From a virus: a stretch of DNA of 39,543 nucleotides. How positions within the stretch are numbered: position 1 is the stretch's first letter; each line of letters begins with the position of its first letter. The translations under genes were made by a program, and so were the position numbers. This document shows positions 14,655-22,397 of the stretch, in pieces. The notes beneath the pieces were generated by a model, which was not told where the DNA came from, did no database searches, and saw nothing but the letters and a program-made list of their open reading frames with translations. The stretch lies in IMG/VR virus record IMGVR_UViG_3300029951_000064; one strand, written 5' to 3'.

Positions 14655-15721
14655 GCGATCAGTGGGCGAATTGGCGGGCGATGCTTGCGGGCGAAGCGGT
14701 AGACCTCGGCGCGCGCGGGGATTTTCCCTCGGGATATTTCCGCCTGCGCCCATGGAAAGGCGCTCAACTATACGAGCAGGAAATCGTCGCCATCTGGCGC
14801 GAAGAAGGGTCTGACGAAATCCAATGCTGGCGCTCAAAAGGCAAGCCCGCGACGACGGCCCTCGAAATTGACGAAATTTTCGAAGGCAACGATTTCGCGG
14901 CGATTCCAACTCATATTTACGAGGCCGTCGTCGATCGCGGAGAGCCATGGCCCGAGATTTATATGACATGGCTTCCAACGAAAGACATCACGGCCGGCGT
15001 CGTTTGGACCGAAGCATGGGCGCGAAAATTCCTCGCGCAAAACCCCGAGACGCATGATGAAGCCGGCAACCCGCGCGCCGTCGTCGGGAACAACAATCCT
15101 CCCGAGGATTTGACGCCAGACAAGGCGCTCGCCAAGCGCATCGCCGACGTAGGGCTTTTGGTGAAGGGCTGGCTCGACAAGATCGGCGGCAAGCTGAAAA
15201 CCGCTGCGGAGGCCGAAACTCTCGCGACCTATTCCAATAAATACAAGGATTTGGAGAACGAGGCCGTCAACGCGCATAAGGTCGAGAAAGAACCGTTTTT
15301 GGTAAAAGGCCGCGAGGTCGACGCCAAATGGTTTGCGCCTGTCCGCGACAAGGCGATTGCGGGGCGCGCTCGAACCCTCGACCTCATTCGAGAATTCACC
15401 GCCGCCGAGGACGCGCGCAAGCGCGAGGAGGCCGCCAAAGCAGCCGAGGCCCAGCGCCAAGCCGCCCAAACCCATGCGCAGCGCCATGACGAGCCGGCGC
15501 CGATCGTCGAGCCCCCCAAAGAGCCCGAGCCGACGAAGGTCGCGGGACTGCGCGGCGGCGGAAAGGCGTCGGCGGTCTACAAGGTTGCGGATTACTATGC
15601 TTTCGCAACCTATCTCCTGAGCCTGAGCGCCGTTCCGCCAGACCTCGCCGAATGCCTCGACAAGCTCGCGACGAAGCTCGGAAAGAACGGGCTCGTATGC
15701 CCCGGCGTGGAGAAAAAATAA
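14651..15721 (+). CDS. Hypothetical protein (356 aa) with a coiled-coil centre
   Basis: ORF track. Occupies the slot upstream of the Bet-type recombinase. No nuclease motif recognised. Confidence 0.6.
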   Translation: MSDQWANWRAMLAGEAVDLGARGDFPSGYFRLRPWKGAQLYEQEIVAIWREEGSDEIQCWRSKGKPATTALEIDEIFEGNDFAAIPTHIYEAVVDRGEPWPEIYMTWLPTKDITAGVVWTEAWARKFLAQNPETHDEAGNPRAVVGNNNPPEDLTPDKALAKRIADVGLLVKGWLDKIGGKLKTAAEAETLATYSNKYKDLENEAVNAHKVEKEPFLVKGREVDAKWFAPVRDKAIAGRARTLDLIREFTAAEDARKREEAAKAAEAQRQAAQTHAQRHDEPAPIVEPPKEPEPTKVAGLRGGGKASAVYKVADYYAFATYLLSLSAVPPDLAECLDKLATKLGKNGLVCPGVEKK

Positions 15722-15722
15722 C

Positions 15723-15753
15723 GCTTGCTATTCCCCGCTTAGGGGATTAGGAT
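15723..15753 (+). promoter_or_regulatory. Promoter/operator P3: GCTTGCTA-TTCCCCGCTTAGGGGAT-TAGGAT
   Basis: Same architecture as P1 and P2, 22 nt upstream of the bet-like ATG. Confidence 0.45.
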
Positions 15754-15774
15754 TTGAGGACTGAGGAGCCCCAA

Positions 15775-16821
15775 ATGCAACAACTCGCCATTGCCGATAC
15801 GCGCGATCTGAAAATCGTCTCTCGCCTTCCCTATGTCCCCGAGCTTGCCGACGGTTACGGCGTAGACGCGGTTCGCTGGAAAGTCTTGTGCGACACGGTT
15901 TTTCCGAACGCCAAGAGCCTCGATTCCGTCGTCATGGCCTTGACCTATTGCAAGGCGCGCGGCCTCGATATTTTCAAGCGCCCGGTTCATATCGTCCCGA
16001 TGTGGTCGAGCGCAGCCGGCGCGATGATCGATACGATTTGGCCAGGGATCGCCGAGCTTCGCACTACCGCCATGCGGACGAAGCAATATGCCGGGATTTC
16101 CGCCTGTGAATTTGGCCCTCTCGTCACCCAACTGTGGGAAAAGGCAGACGGAAAAGGGGTGACCGTCAAATTCCCAATGTGGGCGCAGATGACGGTTTCT
16201 CGCGTTTTGCCGAACGGAACCATTGGGCTATTCGCCGGGCCGAAGGTCTATTGGATCGAAGCGTATGCAACGAGCGGCAAGGACAAGCCTTGGCCGAACG
16301 ATATGTGGACGCGGCGCCCGCAAGGCCAGATTGAGAAATGCGCCGAGGCCGCCGCGCTTCGCCGCGCCTTCCCCGAGGAGCTTGGCAACGATTATGCCGC
16401 CGAGGAAATGGAAGGTCACTCGATCGACGACGGCCGCGCGCCACGCGCGCCAGCGCCCGCCGTCCCCGAAAGCGCCAAGGCGATTGCGCCCCCCGTCGAT
16501 CGCCCGGCGCAAGAGGAGGGCGCGGCTAACCTCCCGGTCGCGTCCTCCGACCCTCCCGCACAGCGCAAGCCGCCGAAGCCGCCCAGCGCGCCTGATAATC
16601 CCGCGGCGCCCGCGACAGAGATCAAGGTCGACGACTCCCCGCTCGATTTTGACGAGCACAAGGCCAATTTCGAGTTTGACCTCGCCGGGGCCTCGACGAT
16701 TGACGAAATCGACGATCTCGACGCGACCTATAGGCTCAACATTCCGCACAAGCTGACGAAGCCTCAATTCATCGAATTGAAGCACATGCATGACATGCGC
16801 GCGGCCGAGATTGGAGATTAA
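15775..16821 (+). CDS. Bet/RecT-superfamily single-strand annealing protein (348 aa)
   Basis: VVMALTYCKARGLDIFKRPVHIVPMW matches the lambda Bet family signature (YC.ar.LDp..kpvHIVP). GAGGAG RBS before ATG 15775. Confidence 0.75.
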   Translation: MQQLAIADTRDLKIVSRLPYVPELADGYGVDAVRWKVLCDTVFPNAKSLDSVVMALTYCKARGLDIFKRPVHIVPMWSSAAGAMIDTIWPGIAELRTTAMRTKQYAGISACEFGPLVTQLWEKADGKGVTVKFPMWAQMTVSRVLPNGTIGLFAGPKVYWIEAYATSGKDKPWPNDMWTRRPQGQIEKCAEAAALRRAFPEELGNDYAAEEMEGHSIDDGRAPRAPAPAVPESAKAIAPPVDRPAQEEGAANLPVASSDPPAQRKPPKPPSAPDNPAAPATEIKVDDSPLDFDEHKANFEFDLAGASTIDEIDDLDATYRLNIPHKLTKPQFIELKHMHDMRAAEIGD

Positions 16822-16826
16822 GAGCC

Positions 16827-17048
16827 ATGCAAACGACCGAGGAAGAAGCGAAATCGAAATTGTGTGTCCTGGGAAGCGCCGCCCACGCGCGCCAAGGCAA
16901 CTGTGTGGGGCGCGCCTGCATGGCATGGCGGTGGACGAATTTTGAGTTGAAGGAAGCCCCGCGGCCGATCTTGTTCGCCATCGATTACGACAGACCGACG
17001 CACGGCATGTGCGGCCTTGTCGGGAACCCGACCAAGGGTCCAGTGTGA
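16827..17048 (+). CDS. Cys-rich small protein (73 aa)
   Basis: ORF track. CVGRACMAWRW motif, common in small phage proteins. Confidence 0.5.
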   Translation: MQTTEEEAKSKLCVLGSAAHARQGNCVGRACMAWRWTNFELKEAPRPILFAIDYDRPTHGMCGLVGNPTKGPV

Positions 17049-17455
17049 CCAAGGCGTCTCTCGTTCTCGCAACGGACGAAATCAGGCATAAGGCCGCCCA
17101 TTGGTGCCTTCATCTGCCCCGTCTAACGCGCGTGACGTTCCAAGAGCCAAAGCGCACGCTTCCTCAGAATAAAAAAATGTGGGCGATGCTCGGCGACATT
17201 GCAACAAGCCAGCGCGCCGCGCTCAAGGCCGGCAATGCCAGCGCCCGTGATTTGCCGCCCGAGGCATGGAAGTGCCTTGTGCTTCATGCCCTTGGGAAAG
17301 AGGCCCGCTATGAGCCCTCTCTCGACGGCGAGGAGATCGTGCCGCTGGGATATTCATCAAGCGAATTAGGGATATCCGAGATGGCCGACATGATCGCTTT
17401 CATGGATAGCTGGGGCGCAGAAAACAACGTGACCTTTACGGACCCTAACCAATGA
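17045..17455 (+). CDS. NinB/Orf-family recombination mediator (136 aa)
   Basis: KRTLPQNKKMWAMLGDIA matches the NinB signature (R.L.QN...W..L.DI). GTG 17045 overlaps the upstream TGA. Confidence 0.65.
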   Translation: MTKASLVLATDEIRHKAAHWCLHLPRLTRVTFQEPKRTLPQNKKMWAMLGDIATSQRAALKAGNASARDLPPEAWKCLVLHALGKEARYEPSLDGEEIVPLGYSSSELGISEMADMIAFMDSWGAENNVTFTDPNQ

Positions 17456-17850
17456 CGCGCCGAAATTTCGCCCGCGCTGTGCGCGTCGAGAAAATCCGCG
17501 CGCAAACCCGCGAGAGCGTCGTTTATTGCGAGGGCTGCGGCCTCCCCTGTCGCCGGTTCGAAATTCATCACCGCGATATGGACGCGATGCAAATCGACAA
17601 AAGCCGAAAGCTTACTGTCGCCGACGCTCAACTTCTTTGCGCCGGCGCGGGGTCCTGCCACGAACGCGAGACAGCAAAGCAGCGCCCAATTTTGGCGAAG
17701 GCGCTCGCGCGAGAGGCCTCGCATTTGGGCGCGAAGGCTCCTCCGACGAAGAAAATCGAGAGCGCCGGGTTCAAGAAATCGCCCAAAACTATCGCCCGCG
17801 AGGCGCGCGGCCCGCGCCAAAGCCTTCCCCCCAGGAGCCTTTATCGATGA
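17452..17850 (+). CDS. HNH endonuclease-like protein (132 aa)
   Basis: CEGCG...FEIHHRD...LLCAGAGSCHERETAK (CxxC...HH...C..CH). Confidence 0.6.
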   Translation: MTRRNFARAVRVEKIRAQTRESVVYCEGCGLPCRRFEIHHRDMDAMQIDKSRKLTVADAQLLCAGAGSCHERETAKQRPILAKALAREASHLGAKAPPTKKIESAGFKKSPKTIAREARGPRQSLPPRSLYR

Positions 17851-17910
17851 CCCCTCCCGACATCCTCGCCAACGCCATAGCGGCGCTTGAGACTGCGCGA
17901 GGTCGACCAG

Positions 17911-18801
17911 GTGATTGAGTTTAATCGTGGCGATTGGGTGAAAGGCGTTGCGCATTGGCGCGAAGGCGAAACCGCATTTATTTCGGTCGCCTTTACTTGG
18001 CGCCTGCCGGAAGCGCGCAGGGTCGCAGAGTATTACCGCGCGATCGGCGTCGATCGAGTCGTCGCCGGCGGCCCAGGCGTCTTCACACAAAGAAAATTTC
18101 TCGCCGACATTTGCGAAGTCCCGCTGCCCGGCACACCCGAAGCGCGCATCCCCGATACGATCGCGCGGCATAACCCCATGGCGACGCGGGCGAGCTACGG
18201 ATGCCCGGTGGGATGCTGGTTTTGCATCGTGCCGAAGATGGACGGAAAAGCTTTCACTACGCTTGAAGACTTTCCGGTGCGCCCGGTCCTTTGCGACGAT
18301 AACCTTTCGGCTCTTTCGCCGGAATATCAAGATCATATTGTCGGCCGCTATCTGGCGGCAGGCGTCCCGTTGCTGGACGCTAATTCAGGTTTTGAGCCCG
18401 CCACCTTCGATGACGAAGTGTTCGCGCGCTGGCGGCCGATCTTGAAAGGCCCGTGGCGCTTTGGTTTCGATGAAGCGACGGAGGGAGACGCCGTAGCTCG
18501 GGCTTTCCGCATTCTCAAAGACGTCTCGCCGCGCAAGAAACAAGTCTACACGATGATCGGGCATGAGCCGTTCGCCGTTTGCATGGACCGCATTCAACGT
18601 GTGATCGCAAGCGGCGGCGAGCCCTACGCGCAGCCGTTCATGAAGCTCAACGCATTGGAGAAGACACCGGCTGTTCGTCACGATTGGACGCCGTTGCTAC
18701 TGCGCCAAGTCCAACGCTGGACGAACCGCCATCTGTGGCGAAAGACGAAGTTCGAGGACTATGATGCATCGGCGAAAACCAATCGAAGGAGAGCAGCGTG
18801 A
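17911..18801 (+). CDS. Radical SAM enzyme (about 296 aa, start uncertain: GTG 17911 or TTG 17887)
   Basis: CxxxCxxC cluster motif in RASYGCPVGCWFCIVP, preceded by a Rossmann-like segment (ISVAFTWRLPEARRVAEYYRAIGVDRVVAGGPG). Confidence 0.65.
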   Translation: MIEFNRGDWVKGVAHWREGETAFISVAFTWRLPEARRVAEYYRAIGVDRVVAGGPGVFTQRKFLADICEVPLPGTPEARIPDTIARHNPMATRASYGCPVGCWFCIVPKMDGKAFTTLEDFPVRPVLCDDNLSALSPEYQDHIVGRYLAAGVPLLDANSGFEPATFDDEVFARWRPILKGPWRFGFDEATEGDAVARAFRILKDVSPRKKQVYTMIGHEPFAVCMDRIQRVIASGGEPYAQPFMKLNALEKTPAVRHDWTPLLLRQVQRWTNRHLWRKTKFEDYDASAKTNRRRAA

Positions 18802-19469
18802 CTGATTCGAAAGACATCCGCTCCCTTGCCTCCGCGCCAGCCGATCAGAGCGACGCTTTTAGGCACGGCATCGACGGAACTGACACCGACGCATGGCTGA
18901 GGCGTCAAGTTCGACGGGAAGGAAAATTGGTCAAGGCATTGAAAGCCGCGAAGCCGATGCTCCAGAATTTCGCCGGGGATAGTCCAGATAACGAACGCAT
19001 ATACAACTTGGTTTGCGACGCTATCGAATGCGTGCCCGACCAGAGCGACGCCGGGCGGGATGTGGCGATTGAGGACTTGGCTTCTCGTTTCCATGCCGCG
19101 GGTATCGAGCCTTGGGCTATTGATGCGCTCCGCGCCCTCAAATCCGCCGCCCCGGCTGAAATGGGCCAGTATGAGCCTGACGCAGTCGATCCAATGCTGC
19201 TTGAGGCCCATCTGGAATACGGGCGCGAGTCAGCCAAGGCTCAGTTATCCGCCGCCCCGGCTGAATGCACTTGCCATCCTGACGATAATCCTCCGAGGCC
19301 ATGTCCACAAAAATATGCGTTGAGCGACTGCCGGTCCGCCGCCGATCGCGCCGCCATCCGCGAGGCGCTGAAAGAGGCGTCGCGATTTGCCCTTCGCGCC
19401 GCCGGCGATGACGCTAAAGCTATCTGCGATCGGATCACCGCCGCGCTGGCGTTGCTGGGGGAGGGGTAG
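18798..19469 (+). CDS. Hypothetical protein (223 aa), last gene of the rightward arm
   Basis: ORF track. GTG start overlaps the upstream TGA. Confidence 0.5.
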   Translation: MTDSKDIRSLASAPADQSDAFRHGIDGTDTDAWLRRQVRREGKLVKALKAAKPMLQNFAGDSPDNERIYNLVCDAIECVPDQSDAGRDVAIEDLASRFHAAGIEPWAIDALRALKSAAPAEMGQYEPDAVDPMLLEAHLEYGRESAKAQLSAAPAECTCHPDDNPPRPCPQKYALSDCRSAADRAAIREALKEASRFALRAAGDDAKAICDRITAALALLGEG

Positions 19470-19843
19470 AGCCCCGCGCGCACGCTCGCCGCCAGCGCGG
19501 CATACGATCGCGGGTGAACGTGATCGGCGCCAGGCGCGAAGGCGACCGCCGAATCGCCACGCTCGGCCGCCACAGCGCGCACCGTGAAGGCCGCGCGGCC
19601 GTTGACGGGAGCAATCCAGACGACGCGCCCCGAGATATGCGCGCGAAGGGCCTCCAAATTCGATTTTAAGGCCCTATTGGCAGGATCGTTGCTCCCGGCG
19701 CTGATGACGGCCCATGAAAACGAGCCCCCGGCCAGACGTGCTATTCTGCCGGACGGCCAGCCGACATGCGCGCGGACCTCGCATGCCGGGAATTGCTGCG
19801 CGAGCCCGACGGCGATCGAATCTCCGATAATGATACAGGTCAT
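19241..19843 (-). CDS. SGNH/GDSL-family hydrolase (200 aa to the first stop)
   Basis: Block I IIIGDSIAVG, block III ISAGSNDP, block V DHVHP. The C-terminal 70 or so residues lie antisense to 18798..19469. Confidence 0.65.
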   Translation of the reverse strand: MTCIIIGDSIAVGLAQQFPACEVRAHVGWPSGRIARLAGGSFSWAVISAGSNDPANRALKSNLEALRAHISGRVVWIAPVNGRAAFTVRAVAAERGDSAVAFAPGADHVHPRSYAALAASVRAGLYPSPSNASAAVIRSQIALASSPAARRANRDASFSASRMAARSAADRQSLNAYFCGHGLGGLSSGWQVHSAGAADN

Positions 19844-20061
19844 AATCCGCCGCGCCCGTTGAAAACGAATTCCCGCAACACGTTGCCGTCGCCGTCCTCG
19901 ATTTGGACGCCATCGGCGGCGGGGATTCTTTGCAACCTGATCTCGTGCAGCCGTCGCTTGGCATATTCGACAGCGTCGTCGGGGTTCTCAGTCGGCGCCG
20001 CCTCGCGCGCAATCTCAATGTCGCGTCGGGCGTATTTGAAATATCGTATCACAAGCGCCAT
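19840..20061 (-). CDS. Hypothetical protein (73 aa)
   Basis: In-frame ATG 20061 within track ORF 19840..20223. Stop overlaps the SGNH start (ATGA). Confidence 0.45.
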   Translation of the reverse strand: MALVIRYFKYARRDIEIAREAAPTENPDDAVEYAKRRLHEIRLQRIPAADGVQIEDGDGNVLREFVFNGRGGL

Positions 20062-20068
20062 TGCAGGC

Positions 20069-20932
20069 TCATTTGGACGTAAGGGGCGCCAACGGGGCAA
20101 TTGGGGCAATTGGCGCGATCGTCGATTGACTGGCCCGCAACTCCCGAATTTGCGCCTGCAAATCTTTGACGGCGTCGCCCATCGTAAAGTTCGCGCCAAA
20201 TTCGTGCTGAACCTCGTTAACACGGGCCGAGAGCGCCGTATAGCGATCGTTGATACTCGTCAATCCGCTGACGATTTGCGAAGTCATCGCCGACATTTGC
20301 GTATTGATTTCCGGCCGCTTGATCTGATCGGCCGCGACAATCGCAATATCGCTTTTTTCCTGGGCGAGGTCGCGCGACGCAAAGTCCTGATATATCTTGG
20401 TTACTTCATCAACGCGCTTCTCGAATTCGTGCTGCGCGTCTTTCGACCATCTTTCGTCTACCGCTTTTTCAAGGGCGGCAAACCGCACCACGTTGCTTTT
20501 CTGATCGTCCGCGAGCGTCAAAAGCGGCGTCATGCGCTGATTGATCTCGTCTATTTTCTTGTCGAAAATGAAGGCCTGATCTTTGGCGCCCTGCTTCAAT
20601 TCGGCAACATCGCCTCGAACTGGCGTCAATGCCATCGAGCCGACGACGCCGAAAATCGATATGAACGCCACGGCCAAGGCGGCGCCAGAAGAGACAATCG
20701 GCGTCCAGCGCGTGCGGCCGGATTCTATCTGCGCGGTTTGCTGGGCTTTGAAATCTCGCCCCAAATCGGCGATCTGCGTCGAAAGGTCCGACCGAAGCCC
20801 GCGAACCTCCGATGACATTTGCGCGCTGAGATCGTCAATTTTTCGCTCGGCGCCGTAAACTCTCTGTTCGAGAGCGCCATAGTCGTGGCGATCCCGCTGC
20901 ACCGCTGCTTTCGTTGGGCGCGCCGCAACCAT
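20069..20932 (-). CDS. Bitopic membrane coiled-coil protein (287 aa)
   Basis: Central TM WTPIVSSGAALAVAFISIFGVVGSMAL flanked by coiled-coil-like regions. C-terminal APIAPIAPLAPL comes from 9-bp repeats GGGGCAATT (20094-20111). Confidence 0.55.
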   Translation of the reverse strand: MVAARPTKAAVQRDRHDYGALEQRVYGAERKIDDLSAQMSSEVRGLRSDLSTQIADLGRDFKAQQTAQIESGRTRWTPIVSSGAALAVAFISIFGVVGSMALTPVRGDVAELKQGAKDQAFIFDKKIDEINQRMTPLLTLADDQKSNVVRFAALEKAVDERWSKDAQHEFEKRVDEVTKIYQDFASRDLAQEKSDIAIVAADQIKRPEINTQMSAMTSQIVSGLTSINDRYTALSARVNEVQHEFGANFTMGDAVKDLQAQIRELRASQSTIAPIAPIAPLAPLTSK

Positions 20933-21228
20933 CACATGCCAGCGGGCATAAGGTGACCCCCGACGCCGTCACGCGAGCCGGCGCCCAAATAGACCGTCTG
21001 AGGATGCGAAGCGGTCGCCGGCAACGTGAGTCCGCCCCCCGTTTCGGTCGCGCCGAAATCCTTAGCGAGCGCAACGAAGGACGCAAAATCAGCCTCCCCT
21101 TCCGGGGTCGCGTAATAAGCCGCGCCGCGCTGCGCGTATTTGATGACGATGCGGCCGACGGCAAGCTCGGCCTTTTCGGTCGGCGTCGTGGCGATCAGGC
21201 TCAAAACGTGCAGGAGTAATTGGAGCAT
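20932..21228 (-). CDS. Hypothetical protein (98 aa)
   Basis: ORF track. Confidence 0.45.
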   Translation of the reverse strand: MLQLLLHVLSLIATTPTEKAELAVGRIVIKYAQRGAAYYATPEGEADFASFVALAKDFGATETGGGLTLPATASHPQTVYLGAGSRDGVGGHLMPAGM

Positions 21229-21229
21229 G

Positions 21230-21325
21230 TCAGTTGAACCCCGCCGAATTGCTATTGGGCCAATGGGCGCAAGCCGCCATCGCCAGCGCTAAAAGAACAA
21301 CGATGACGGCTCGCGCGATTTTCAC
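21230..21325 (-). CDS. Possible mini-lipoprotein (31 aa): MKIARAVIVVLLALAMAAC-AHWPNSNSAGFN
   Basis: Not in the track. GTG overlaps the upstream TGA (GTGA). Signal peptide plus a lipobox-like AMAAC. Confidence 0.35.
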   Translation of the reverse strand: MKIARAVIVVLLALAMAACAHWPNSNSAGFN

Positions 21326-21771
21326 GAGGCGGGAGCGGCGGGGGCCGCAGCCGCAGGAGCGCCAGCGCCGGTAATGTCGTCAAAAAAGGCGTCCACGATA
21401 TTGCGAACGCCAGCGCCAGCGGCGGCGCCGTCGACCTCGGCGGACGAAGCGCCAGCGGCCGGTGTCTTGCCCTCGACGCCCTCGACGAAGCCCTCAATCG
21501 CGTTGAAGACGCTCACGAAAGCAGACGTGACCGGAACGACAGCCTGCCCGATCGCCACGGCGGCGGCGGCGGGATTGGTCGCCGAAGCAGCGACCGACGC
21601 GCCCGCCGCGAGGACGGTCCCGACGCTGGCCGTGGCGTCGCCCAAGAGCTTCGCAAATTCAGGGCCCGCATTTGTAAAAGCGGTCTCAAAAGCGGTAATG
21701 CGCGCGAGGACCGAGGCGGAAATATTGTCGGCGTCGTTCTCGATTGTGGCGATAATCGTTGCAGCGGTCAT
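21322..21771 (-). CDS. Ala-rich hydrophobic protein (149 aa); possible membrane or holin-accessory protein
   Basis: ORF track. GGAGAAACGAA before the ATG. Hydrophobic stretch VGTVLAAGASVAASATNPAAAAVAIGQAVVPV. Confidence 0.5.
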   Translation of the reverse strand: MTAATIIATIENDADNISASVLARITAFETAFTNAGPEFAKLLGDATASVGTVLAAGASVAASATNPAAAAVAIGQAVVPVTSAFVSVFNAIEGFVEGVEGKTPAAGASSAEVDGAAAGAGVRNIVDAFFDDITGAGAPAAAAPAAPAS

Positions 21772-21828
21772 TTCGTTTCTCCAATGCTCCCGAGAAAGGC
21801 GAGCGCCAGGCGGGGGCGACCCCGGCGA

Positions 21829-21992
21829 TTACAAGCGGCCCATAACGACCAAAATTACGACGATAATCAGCACGAGGCCGATTCCGCCCCTCCGTAATAG
21901 CCGGTTCCATAGAAAGGACCGCCGCCGAAGCCGCTGAAACCGCCAAGCAAAACGACGACTAGCAGAATGAGGAGGATGGTTCCGAGCGACAT
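21829..21992 (-). pseudogene. DUF3309-like two-TM small membrane protein interrupted by a 1-nt frame change at a G4 run
   Basis: Frame 0 gives MSLGTILLILLVVVLLGGFSGFGGGPFYGTGYYGG and then stops at 21867. The -1 frame continues GGIGLVLIIVVILVVMGRL-stop at 21829. Together they match the DUF3309 pattern (MLGTILLI...GG.GLVLVILLILLLLGRI). The shift point is GGAGGGGCGG (plus strand cccc 21887-21890). Confidence 0.5.
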
Positions 21993-21995
21993 GGC

Positions 21996-22397
21996 TTATC
22001 CTTTCGGGTCTGCGGCAGGCGAGGGGGGGGCCTGACTTTGGAGCTTGCCTATTTCGCCCACCACGAACTTTTTGAGCGAATCTGGCGTCGCTCCAACTGC
22101 TTCCATCGTATCGGGGAGGACCGATGCAATCCGCGCCGCGGCGGCGGCGACAGCCGGGCTATTGACGGTCACCGACTGCTTGGCGAGATTATCCTCGGCA
22201 TTGGCGACCATAACCCCGGCCTCGGTCGCCGCGGCGCCCTTGAGGCGCGCAATCTGAGAATCGCTGATCTTGATATTCGTCCATTGATTGAGCTTCGCCG
22301 CCGCGAGCGTGATGACCGCGCCGACAACCGCCTCGACTAGCACGTCAATATAGGGCTTGAGGTCGGCGACGAAGGGAGCGGCGGAAATGTCGGTCAT
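21996..22397 (-). CDS. Holin-like protein (133 aa), single N-terminal TM, LL-H-type architecture
   Basis: TM YIDVLVEAVVGAVITLAAA followed by a long helical region. ATGA-coupled to the endolysin. Confidence 0.5.
   Translation of the reverse strand: MTDISAAPFVADLKPYIDVLVEAVVGAVITLAAAKLNQWTNIKISDSQIARLKGAAATEAGVMVANAEDNLAKQSVTVNSPAVAAAAARIASVLPDTMEAVGATPDSLKKFVVGEIGKLQSQAPPSPAADPKG

Noticed and set aside
21230-21325. Calling the 31-aa lipobox peptide an o-spanin
   Set aside because: The mature part would be only about 13 residues, too short to span the periplasm, and no embedded or overlapping i-spanin architecture is present. It is reported only as a possible mini-lipoprotein.
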